NCBI GenBank assembly: GCA_950097015.1 | Contig: CATNEN010000033.1 | Location: 4,030,001 to 4,094,000, forward strand | Length of the DNA stretch: 64,000 bases | DNA from: Macrostomum hystrix | Lineage: Eukaryota; Animalia; Platyhelminthes | Direction: 5' to 3' | In this document: positions 49,182-60,492 of the stretch, piece after piece | Layout: each line of letters starts with the position of its first letter | Numbering within the stretch: the stretch's first letter is position 1 | Notes under the pieces: generated by a model | Database searches by the model: none | What the model was told of the DNA's origin: nothing | The model's input: only the letters and a program-made list of their open reading frames with translations | Translations under genes and position numbers: made by a program

Positions 49182-50593
49182 TTAATGCGTTGCCGGGCAT
49201 TCGCCGCCGTCACTTGGATGTCAGTGGTGTTGGGGGAGGACGTACTGGATGCAGGGGGAGAAAGTGTCCTAAGGGGAGTCACTGGCTGGCACCTGAGCGG
49301 CAGACTGGCAGGGGGACAGGGGCATAAGCACAGGCACAGGGACAAGGAGCAGGTGCTAATCTCTAGGAGGGTAGCGACGGGAGCAAGGGGGCAGAGGCTA
49401 GCCTCTTAGAGAGGGTAGCAAGGGGAAGAGGAGGAGAGGACGGAGGAGAGGAAGCATAATTATATTCTATTCTAAGATTACAAAGTAGAACTTGGCTCTC
49501 ACCTTGACACTTTATTTTGATTGGTTATTTCTGCATGCGTACACCGAGTAATTATTGTACTATATTTATCAAACGCACTATCGAACTGATTTGTTATTAT
49601 AATAAGCATGTTTTGAGCAGAGCCTTGCCACCGCCCGTCCCTTACCAGGAATATAAAAGTGCAGCCCGACAGAACCCAGATAATATTGAATTAAAATACT
49701 AAACCCGATTTGAACCTGATCAGATCCTAAGTCGCCCAACTAGTTTATATTATCGTCTATTAAGTAAATAAGGCCGCCAGGTTGGCAAGGCTCACAAGAT
49801 GTTATTCCTTAGTGCATACCGCAGTAGGGAAATGGACTTGGCAAAAGGCGCTAGCATTGTCTGCTAGCATTCAGGAGACTGGCTGCAAAACATCGCAGCC
49901 TATAATGAACGATTCGCTTTGCACCAATCCAACAGAGCACCGAGCAGAATCGTCCCTCTGCACTCAACTACTGGAAGTAGCAATAAGCGGCCATTTCTAG
50001 CTTTTGCAGTAGCATTTTATTTAACGCTAACGCAATAAATAAGCGCAACACTACATCTGCCATCTTCAGGCATTTATCTTTCAAAACATGACAGAGGCGA
50101 TGCTTTTGACAACATTTCAAATTGTTTTTTATTATTGCTGATAGATTGATTGACAGGTGACAGCTAAGAGGCGATTAGTTGAAATGGAGGAGAAAACTCG
50201 GACAAAGCACTCCTAAAAGGTGGGGAGAAAACTACTGCTCAGGTTTATTAATATACAGGTGTAATATTAGACAGTTATATTACACAGACACAACTCAATG
50301 GTGAAAAAATCCAGCTCCAATAAAGACTAACTAGATAATAACACTGACGAGCCTGCAACATATTAATTAAGTCAGGCATTCTGAGATTTAAAAATAGTAT
50401 AATAACATTAAACATGATTTAATATTTACTAAATTCAATATGAATGACGCGTGAACTATTGAGACGTAATAACAATAACTAAACTGACATTGATTTTATT
50501 CTTACAGACAACGCACAATATTAGAGCTGTTGTTACACTTGTTACACTGGGTCCAGACAAAACTCACTCTGATGGTGAGGCCACACCTGCAGT

Positions 50594-52532
50594 TCACCAA
50601 TAGTTTCCGTACGAGCCCTGGTCTCCACCGCGCCCGAAGCTTCCGCGACCTCCGTTGCCACTGCCGCCGCCGCCAGCTGCGCCAGCTCCGCCGGCTGCCA
50701 TGTTGGTCACCTGGGCCAGGGCCGCAGCCAGAACCTGCGGATTCGAGGCCAAGACGTTCACGACGTCCTGGTAGACGCCGGCTCCGGCACCGCCGCCACC
50801 GCCGCCGGATCCGATCGGGACGCCGCCGCCGCCTCCGCTCATCGGCTGCCAACCGCGACCGCGCTGCGGCCCCATCGGCGACCCAGCGTCGCCTCGTCCG
50901 CGAAAGTTCCGGTTCTGACCGCCGCCTGCGCCGCCACCGCCGGCAGCGCCGCCGAAGCCGAAGCTGCCTGGGCCACCGTGCTTGGGATTGGCGGTGCCGA
51001 CGTGCACGGAGGCGCCATTGATGACAAAGTCCTGCCCGACCAGGCGATCAACCGACGTGGAGTCAGCGAAAGTCACGAAGGCGAATGAGCGGAACGGCTT
51101 CGGAATGTAGACCTCCTCGACTGTGCCGTGCTCGCTAAAGAAGTCCTTCAGCACCTGCGAGGTCAGCTCTTCGGTGACTCCGCCGACGAATACGCGGCGA
51201 GGGACGCTGGCAGGAGCGGCCGGCTCGCCCTGGCTGATCGGCACCTTCACCTCACACCAGCGGTTCTGGAGGAGAGGGGTGGCGAAGCCTGGGTGAGGAT
51301 CTTTTTCATATTAGTAAAAGTACAATTACATATGCGAGTAGACTGCAATGGAGCACAAGAAAAATAATGCCAAATAGGATTTCTGACGAATTCCACGGGT
51401 TTTATAGTTCATGGTAGCCTGAACTGAAAGATGTGACTATCCTGAAGTCTAGGGTGTGACTATCCTGAAGTCTAGGGTGTGACTATCCTGAAGTCTAGGG
51501 TGTGACTATCCTGAAGTCTAGGGTGTGACTATCCTGAAGTCTAGGGTGTGACTATCCTGAAGTCTAGGGTGTGACTATCCTGAAGTCTAGGGTGTGACTA
51601 TCCTGAAGTCTAGGGTGTGACTCTCATGAAGTCTAGGGTGTGACTATCCTGAAGTCTAGGGTGTGACTATCCTGAAGTCTAGGGTGTGGCTCTCCTGAAG
51701 TCAATGGTGTGGCTCTCCTGAAGTCAAGGGTGTGGCTCTCCTGAAGTCAAGGGTGTGGCTCTCCTGAAGTCAAGGGTGTGGCTCTCCTGAAGTCAAGGGT
51801 GTGACTATCCTGAAGTCTAGGGTGTGACTATCCTGAAGTCTAGGGTGTGACTATCCTGAAGTCTAGGGTGTGACTATCCTGAAGTCAAGGGTGTGGCTCT
51901 CCTGAAGTCAAGGGTGTGGCTCTCCTGAAGTCAAGGGTGTGGCTCTCCTGAAGTCAAGGGTGTGGCTCTCCTGAAGTCAAGGGTGTGGCTCTACTGCATA
52001 CCAGAATCTGGTGCCTCGGGCAGGTCAGACAGTCGATCTGCGACTCGAACTCAACGAATCTGATGAAGCCGTAGCCGCGACTGCCGCCCTGCATGTCGCG
52101 CTTGATCTGGGACATGACCAGTTCGCCGAACTTTGAAAAGTAGCTTTTCAAATCCTCCTCGGTGGCCTTGTAGGGCAGGCCCAGGACAATCAGATCCGTG
52201 CACTTTTTCCTGTCGGCCTTCTTTGGCCGAAAGCCCGGAGCGTCGCCCAGGTCTTCGTCCACCTTGCGCTTATTATCCTTGGGAAAGGTGCACAGATAGG
52301 TGACATTGCCGTTGTGGCTCCAGGAGGTGAACTCGGGCGGCGGGTACAGCACGCCGTCCGTGAGGCGCACGGCCCGCATGGCGTTGGTGTCCGGGTTCCG
52401 GTAGCGCAGGCCGCTGAGCCCGGGGAACTGGGCCGCCAGGGTCGACAGCAGCAGGACTCCGCCGGCCTCCGTTGGCACCTCGATCGGATCGTCACCTTCA
52501 TCTTCAGCTACGGGCACATATTCAACTGCCAT
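50594..52532 (-). CDS. TARDBP: TAR DNA-binding protein 43 (NTD, two RRMs, Gly-rich tail), 400 aa, 2 coding exons
   Basis: Exons 52532-52002 and 51265-50594 (phase 0). NTD: EDEGDDPIEVPTE..LLLSTLAAQFPG.SGLRYRNP. RRM1: DLIVLGLPYKATEEDLK..RGYGFIRF..RHQIL|NRWCEVK. RRM2: RRVFVGGVTE..PFRSFAFVTF. A 5'UTR intron is likely (donor 53249, acceptor 52552). Confidence 0.93.
51432..51992. repeat. 23-bp array (tgtgactatcctgaagtctaggg / tgtggctctcctgaagtcaaggg) in the TDP-43 intron
   Basis: About 24 copies in alternating blocks of two variants. Confidence 0.95.
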
Positions 52533-52644
52533 GATAGTTGCGGATGCTTAGCTGAAAAATTAGGGAGCAGCTGTGTATTGTATACTGATCCACCACTGGC
52601 CTTTGTTTAGCAGCCTTTTAAGGATTGTCTGCTAAAAACTAAAG

Positions 52645-53135
52645 TTTCTCAGATCCCAATATATTCTCCCAGATCCCAATACAGTTCCTCAGATTTCAAT
52701 ACAGTTTCACAGATCCCTTTCAGTTTTTCAGCCACAACTTCACTTTCTACGCTCGTACTAATTTTTCAGCTCCAGCTTCAGTTTCTCAGCTCCCGCTTCA
52801 GTTTCTCAGCTCCCGCTTCAGTTTCTCAGCTCCCGCTTCAGTTTCTCAGCTCCCGCTTCAGTTTCTCAGCTCCTGATTCAGTTTCTCATCTCCCGCTTCA
52901 GTTTCTCAGCCCCTGATTCAGATTCTCAGCTTCTGATTCAGTTTCTCAGCTCCTGATTCAGTTTCTCAGCCCCTGATTCAGTTTCTCAGCTCCTGATTCA
53001 GTTTCTCAGCCCCTGATTCAGTTTCTCAGCCCCTGATTCAGTTTCTCAGCTCCCACTTCAGTTTCTCAGCTCCCACTTCAGTTTCTCGGCTCCCACTTCA
53101 GTTTCTCAGCAGGCCCCGGTTCTCAGCCCTTCTCA
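52645..53135. repeat. 20-bp array (tcagtttctcagctcccgct)n in the putative TDP-43 5'UTR intron
   Basis: About 22 copies. Confidence 0.93.
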
Positions 53136-53670
53136 GCTGTCAGGTCCCAACATATCAAAACCGCACCGAATGAATTAACTGAAACAATCAGCTGATAATA
53201 CCCAAAAGCAGAGGCGGAATTTTCCAGACAAATCAAACGGTAAACTTACTTCACACTCCGTGTCAAGGAAAGCAAGCCTCAAGGACAGACAGTGTTTTAG
53301 GTGCGCAAGCGTCAATGAGGATCATGAAACGCAAGGATCATAAATAGATGATTTATCAAATACTCATCAAAGCGGTAAAACAAAACAGTTCAACAAACGC
53401 AAACAGTGAAAACAATATTAAACATCTCAGAAAGCACCATGGCACACCCGGACTGCACAATACTGACATACATATAGACGAAATGTAAACTGCTGCAAGA
53501 ATAGACAAGCACCATCGATTGTGAACAGCTTATTTAGTCAGACAATCATAATATAAGTAGAAAGTAACGCAAAAGTAACGCGAAGTGGCTTCGCGTGTTG
53601 CAACCGCAACGACCGTCAGCCAGACATATTTAACAGTTTTAAACGTATATCCTAATACAAAAGCGTTCGG

Positions 53671-53848
53671 CCGACAAAATTTGATTGGCTGGGGGTCAGT
53701 CACGTGCATTCAGTCCACAAAATTTGATTGGCTGGGGGTCAGTGACGTGCATCCGGTCCACGAAATTTGATTGGCTGGGGGTCAGTCACGTGCATCCGGT
53801 CCACGAAATTTGATTGGCTGGGGGTCAGTGACGTGCATTCGGCCAACG
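53671..53848. promoter_or_regulatory. 4 x 43-bp tandem repeat carrying a CCAAT box and CACGTG/TGACGT motifs upstream of TDP-43
   Basis: Unit aaatttgattggctgggggtcagt(c/g)acgtgcatccggtccacg. The repeat is certain; its regulatory role is inferred. Confidence 0.55.
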
Positions 53849-55115
53849 AAGTTGTCTACCTAACTCCCGTTGCCTATTTTGTACCTATCGCATAGAGCAT
53901 TATCTTTTAGGCAATATCGAACATTCAACTCGTATTTACTCGTATTTACTCGTATTTCAATCGCAAATGTTGCTAGGCAGCGGAATCTTCGGCAGTCAAA
54001 AAACCGAATCGAGCACGCAACAGCCCACTCAAAATGTACAGTTTCTTTCACAGAAGTGTAAGGACATCGATCATCTTGTAGCAGCAGAAGTCAGTGCTTG
54101 AGTCCACAGAGAAAAAGCGACAGAAGAGAACCAGCTTCACAGGCCTGTAGTCATATGCTCAGCAGCAGGTTTATTTTAACATACTTTTTCTGGCAGAATC
54201 ACTCAGACCAGACTCTAAACCTGAAGTATCTAATGGAATCTACAGAAAAGTTATTGAAATAAACAAATATTCCTAGAGATACCTAGCTGTGCGGAAGACG
54301 AATCGACGATCTGAACAGTGTTGCTGCTGCTTCGATCGATCATTGTTGCGCTCAGGTGCACAGCACCGCAGTTAGGCTGGGTGAATCTGAAATCACAGAG
54401 AAAGTTTTTGGGAATTTTAGGGAAAGTCCGAATCGACAATTAACAATAGAAGCACATTTTTTCTGTATCTGCTTAAATATTCAACCAATCGCTATGGAAA
54501 TCCAGAACACGTGCAAAAACATTTGCCGCTCTATCAGTTGAGACAGCTTCCAGAATCACAAAACATCGTCGGCGTGTCTGGATTGATTAAATTCTTACTT
54601 TGAACCAATATAGTTGCTTCTAAAGTTAGTTCATCGTAAAGGGCGGGAGCTATTGTGAAGTATTTGAATTATCCACCCGTGGTCTTTCTACTGTTAAGTG
54701 GCTAACAATTGGGATAGGAATGTGTAACGCTCCCTCAAAATGACATGATTTCCCTGATCGGTCAGACAAAAGCTTTCGCGCTGCTGAGGGGGGCATAAAA
54801 ATGCTAGTCGTATACACTTAAATATTATTACTAAGTAGTTTACAATAATAACGCATTTTGTTCATGTGAGTACTTTTATGGGGGGGACGAAACTACTAAA
54901 ATACTAAATTAAATAACAAATGATACGCTGCGTTAAAAAATCTAACGCCAGCAAGATTAGAATAGACCTTTATTTTGTTATTAGGCTTACAGAGAAACAA
55001 GAAGTCGTTCCTGATTAATTGTACATAATAAACACAATTTCTAGCATCAAACAGTAGGCAAAAATTACAGAACGCGATTAACTCGCGACAAGAAAGCCTT
55101 TGAGTACACTGTCAT

Positions 55116-55337
55116 TCACTGGTAGTAGAGCTCCAAGTTCATGCCGTCGTGGATTTCATAGTCCTCCAGGGTGATGTGATCCTTGAAGATGGTGTACCAT
55201 TTTTTCAGCACAATCTTGTCCCACTTGGTGCCAGTCTGGGCGGCGATCAGTTTCTTTAGATCGCCGATTGTGTCGCTGGGGTTGCATTTGATGCGCACCT
55301 TCTTGCCGAGCCGGTCGTTAACCGTGATCTCTATCAT
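55116..55337 (-). CDS. UBL5: Ubiquitin-like protein 5 (Hub1), 73 aa, intronless
   Basis: [61 protein letters not shown] is essentially the conserved UBL5 sequence. Confidence 0.97.
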   Translation of the reverse strand: MIEITVNDRLGKKVRIKCNPSDTIGDLKKLIAAQTGTKWDKIVLKKWYTIFKDHITLEDYEIHDGMNLELYYQ

Positions 55338-55600
55338 GGCCGAAGCTGAAAGCATTAATTAGAAATTATTTCAGCACTGCACATTGGCGACAAAATTCAC
55401 TGTTTTAATAAAACCAATAAAAACTTGATAAACAGATCAGCAAAAAATTAAAAAATGTATGTTGTTCTTAACTTCGACTTCACTAAGTACTAACTTAAAC
55501 ACTATTATAGCACGCTTTCGAACCAGAGTTTAATCTGAGTAAAGCATTTAAATATGAACAAAGGACACCACTGTGGTGAACTGCAACAACAGTCATTCCG

Positions 55601-57495
55601 TCAGTTGCCTAGTGTGTGGCCGTCCAAAAACTGGGCAGCCAGCCCGGCAGCCGCATCCACTGGCACCGACGCTTCGTCGTCGGCGGCCAAGCTGCACTGG
55701 AAACCGTAATCGGAGAATCGACGAACTGCCGCCAGGCGAAGGACGGCATTTCGTCTGAGAGCAGAGCCGGCCAGACTAATCCGGTCGACCCCTGCCTGCT
55801 GAAGAGCCGATGGCGGGCACAAGCGCAGCAGGTTGTCAATTAGGCCCAAGCACAGGGAGCGATAAACTCTGCCCAAGCTGCGGCAGGTGCCAGTGCGCAG
55901 GCCTGACACCATGCCGCCCTTGGCGCCACCGCTGCTTCCGTCGCGTTCATCTAGCAGCGTTGGAAAGATCACTGGATCCGGATTGGAGGCTGATGAAGGA
56001 TCAGCTGGAAAGCGGTTTAATGTTAACGGAGGAGTTAACAAGAGTGCAGCTATGAAGTACTCAGACTGCCACTTAGAGAATTGGAGAGCAGTGAGATACA
56101 TAGGGGACCTCCGCTCACCCTCATCAGCCAGAGCCTGCAGCCGCTGCCAGATGGTTTCCGTGGGACACCTCACGCCAGTCAGCTGTTCTTGCCAGTCGGT
56201 CAAAGTGCACATGAATTCGGCTAGAACATTGCCGCCGTTGAGACTAGCGGCTAATAGCACGTAGCGATCAGGTGAAAAGAATGGGAAGCAATCCAAGCCC
56301 GGGTGACTGGCCAGGGCCGGCTGCGGCGGCGGCTCGCGAGTTAAAAATCCTAACTGGGCGCTGGTGCCGAAGTTAAGGAAGGCGCGAGAGTTGAAGTCTG
56401 GACTACGCGCGTCGCGTGCAGCAGCGTGGCGATGGGCGGGAACAAGCGGTGCGTACACCGAATAAACGACGCATTGCAGATCGCCAAGCGGCAGTCTGAT
56501 GCGACAGACTGGTGACAAACATCGCAGCCAATCGGGGCCAGTCGACGAGGCCAGCTGGCCAAGCACGGCGCCAACTGGTGCAATCTCCGGCAGTCTGGGC
56601 TTCAACGGAAGTAGCCCGGCTGAAGTCAAATTGCCGACGTCCCAGCGACTGGTGGCCAAATCAAAGTAGCCCCAGCTGGCAGCCAGCTGTGCTGACATTC
56701 GCACTGGAAGGCCACAGCCAGTCAGCACGGCGGCCAGCCAGTCCATGGCGGTGCCGCAGGCATCCCAGGTACTGAGCCGCAGCCGTTCAGGCTGATGACG
56801 CTGGTACCACAACAGCGTGGCCAAGCCAAAGCCCGTCTGGGATTAAGAGTTCAGCATCGCTTGTCAAGTACTAAGTAGAAGGATGTTGGAGAAAATACCT
56901 CATCGATCATCGAACTACCTCACCGAACTGATACGGCTAATGAGATAGCATTCATTCATTAAAAAATTCATTTATATATGCATGCAGGTGATTCTATCTC
57001 TTGCTTATGTTAGAATGATAATAAGCTTTTTCCAATTTTCATATGCCAATAAATTACATGGTACCTGTAATTATAATAAGCTGCTACCTTTGGAGACACA
57101 ACATGCGCCACAGCCGGCTTTGGAAGTGAGGCGAGAAACTCGGTGGTACACCGGCCATCTTGCCACGTGACCAGCTCAGAGCAGCAACTCAGCGGTTTAT
57201 CCTGTTGCCACATGGCGATGCCATGCATCTGGCCGCACAGTAGAATGTCCGACACTCGGCCCAGAGTGGCAACTCCATGGACAGACTGAGCTCTAGATAC
57301 CAGACTAGCAAATGTGTCTAGAATTGCATGCAGCGACATTTCTGAATGCGCTGCTGGCAGCACTGAGCCAGGCACTTCTATATTGCAGCTGTCAGAAAAC
57401 ATTATCTGCCTACTTGATGACTGAACCAATAGCAATTTTATAGCTGTGGTCCCAATATCAGCACAGAGCACTATTGCACAGTCACTGTTCTGCAT
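55601..57495 (-). CDS. SHPK: Sedoheptulokinase (FGGY family, CARKL), ~509 aa, 3 exons
   Basis: Exons 57495-57088, 56836-56119 and 56004-55601. Motifs ADIGTTAIK, LCGQMHG, LVTWQDGRC..FLASLP, TGFGLATL, AASWGYF, LGDLQC, NFGTSAQL, LAASLNGGNVLA, GSALRRN. Confidence 0.9.
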
Positions 57496-60158
57496 GTCCA
57501 GTTTCTGTTAGATTTAACACCTTAAATTACTGAAAGAAACAACTGCATTGCATGAAAAACTAAGAATGTTTAACAACAAGCTTCACATAAGGATCTGAGA
57601 AATAGTATAGAGCTTTTGTATTCAAGAATACTTTCATTTTCAAGGCCGCCTTTTGGCTATAGTAAAAACCAATGCATTAGACATAGTTAACCTAAGCAGT
57701 AGGTTGAGTCAAATCCATCTCATTTTATTACTTTATATATAGCTATTATATAGTTATTTATATAAATATATACATATCAAGGGTCTCTATAAAATGTATG
57801 ACTAGTCAAGTATCTTTGGTCACTTAGTTATCATATATAGAAAATATAATTCAGAAACATTCTTTATTAAAAACAGTGCTTACTGATTGAATATAATATA
57901 TAATCATAAAGGTGTGTTATGGTTCATTCTATCAATACTTCTTGCTCTGAGCAATAATACGATCAAATATTTTTTGCTTTGCTAAGTAGGACACTACCTG
58001 AAAAAAATATAATAAATGTTTCTAGAACATCAGTGGCATATCTTTGGAGAAAAAGCCATGCCAAATTTACTTTTACATTTTACATTGTCACTCATTATAA
58101 CTTTATATTTATATACATGATACATTGATTCAGGCAGCATCTTATTATTGTTTTAAAAAAAGGCACATTAATATTGAAATATAGACACGACATTACAAGA
58201 CATCATATATGGCTCATTCATAATAATCCCAGAAAACTTGGGCCATCAGTTTTTGCCAAGGTGAGGGAGTGAGTGGCAGAATGGTCTAACAATTAGTCAC
58301 ATTGGTCACATTAGCAGTAGCTCATACTGAGACTGATGGTAATGAAATTATTAATACTGAAGATTCAGTCTTAGAGTCAGACTTACTTGATGTTGACAAT
58401 GAGAGCCATTCAAAATCACAAAAGGAAGTCATTAAAATAAGTTGAAGTCCAATACCAAGATTACCTAGATCAAGAGCAAAAGCAAGTCCAAGAGGTAGCA
58501 GAACTGCCAAGTTCATAAATGATAATTATATTAATAGGACAGAGATTATTGTCGTTAGTTATAGAAACTGTTAGCTATAGTTAGCTATAGAAACTGTTCA
58601 CCTCACAATTTTAGGCAAAAGTAATGTGCAGCGCACTGAGACATTCATGTGTGCTTAACTTGCCATGAAAGTGGCATATTGCCACTTTAAGGATATTACA
58701 GTCTGTAATAGCAACAAGTTCACAAAAACACAAGTGTAACAGAGCCTCTTTGTGTCTCAATGGCTAAAATTGAGAAATAAAATTATATCCAATTAAAATA
58801 TTGTATTCTGAAAAACTTTACACTTGTAAGGCATATAAAAAAACCAGAAAAACAAAGTTTAATTCTAGTAAAGCCTAGTCTCCTAGCTCTCTTGAACCCT
58901 AGTATAGCTAGCTAAGTGGAAGCATTGATACAAAACTATTTTATAATAATAAAATTGCTTAAGTTAACTGTTTTAAATACATAAGTGGTCAGTGTAGTGA
59001 ATGTAATAAATGCTTTCTTTCAAGGGCAAAAGAGAAGAAACCACAAGTTACAAAATACAAGTTGTTGGCAATAGCTTAGCACTTTTAAAATTATATTATC
59101 AAGAATTCATAATTAAAAATAATCCATAAAAGTAATAAAAAAACTTTTTTTGAAATATTTAATATAATATATAATATTAAAAGAAACTGCATTTTACATT
59201 TCTAAAACAAAAACATTCTCTTCTGCCTTTGTTTCTCATTATATATATGCATAAAATTAGTATATTGGTCTGGCCATGCCCATAGTCAGTTTTTTAAATA
59301 GAAATATTGGTATAGCCATAGTCTACTTCATTTTTATATTATTGGCAAATTGGCATAGTTTCTTTTGAATTTAGATTTAATTTCTACTACAAACAAATTG
59401 CAAAATGCATTGTAGATTATAGTTAGGGCCTAGCCAGTTTAAAATAATTTAATCATTTTTTAATAAAATATTCAACTATTCTGTTATTTGAGGAACCATT
59501 TTTTAGAAATGTAATTTAATGATTTATTGAACATAAACATATTCCAAGTCCTAGTTATTATCTTCATTCTTTATCTCTACTCTATAGTTAAAAAGTATAG
59601 GCCTATTTACACAACTAAATGGTAACCACCATTCTGCTAGAAAGCTACAGTTTTATGTTCCATATTCAAACATGCTCTATGCTATAGGATACATGTAATA
59701 TTAACTAGGCCTATTACAAAGGCAAAACACTTTAAAAAAGAGACTTATAAAAATAGGTTCTCTTGCAAAAAGTAGGGGCCTAAAAGATAAAATTTTGTGG
59801 ACACATGTCAGGTGCATTTCTTGAAATTCTAGTTGGCACTTGGCACAGCACACAATGGCAATTAAGTGGCATAGCTTGGCATGGTGTGGGGCAACAGTCC
59901 AATGCTTTTTCCTACAGGGATGCACAGGCCCAAAACTGTTGTTTGCTTGGTGAGTATTTGAGCCAAATTTTTCAAGTTCCTGGAATCCTTGTTATGTCCA
60001 TGAACTTCCAGTGTGCAAAAATTACATAAGGCATTCTTATAAAATCACTCATTAGATCTATGGATTCTTGGCAGAATAAGAAACAAAAATCATAAACCGA
60101 TTTGCATGGATTTTTTGGCCAAAATCTGCAACAATGAACGATGAGATTTACAAGTTCA

Positions 60159-60492
60159 GCGGCAAACTCCTAGTTTGCTGTATTAAATTATTTTACAACG
60201 TATCTTCACATTTCAGCCTAACTGGTGACTCTACTATGGCTGGGCGACCTATGGCACCCACGACAATTGTACCCGATGCCAATTTAAGGCCTGCTGACGA
60301 ACTATGCAACCTGGATGACGGATGTCACCATGCGCGAGCTGGTGCTGATGACACGGCGGCGGCCATGCGCTGGTTGGCCACATATATGGGCTGCTTCGAA
60401 ACTTCCATTTTAACTTCCACGGGCGCCATTTTAACTTTAAAAAGGTTTTAAGTGTAAAAATAATTTAACGCAGCAAACTAGGAGTTTACCCC
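60159..60492. mobile_element. 334-bp MITE-like non-autonomous element with ~40-bp TIRs and a candidate 9-bp TSD
   Basis: Left end gcggcaaactcctagtttgctgtattaaattattttac; right end reverse-complemented is ggggtaaactcctagtttgctgcgttaaattatttttac. Flanks are acaagttca and acaagttag. The GC-rich interior sits in AT-rich surroundings. Confidence 0.7.

Noticed and set aside
53686-53765. ER-stress element (CCAAT with CCACG)
   Set aside because: Orientation and spacing (CCACG-N7-ATTGG) fit neither ERSE (CCAAT-N9-CCACG) nor ERSE-II.
58322-58520. 64-aa hydrophobic minus-strand ORF and acidic plus-strand fragments
   Set aside because: AT-rich, no family motif or convincing splice context; plus frames are broken by stops. 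At most a decayed fragment.
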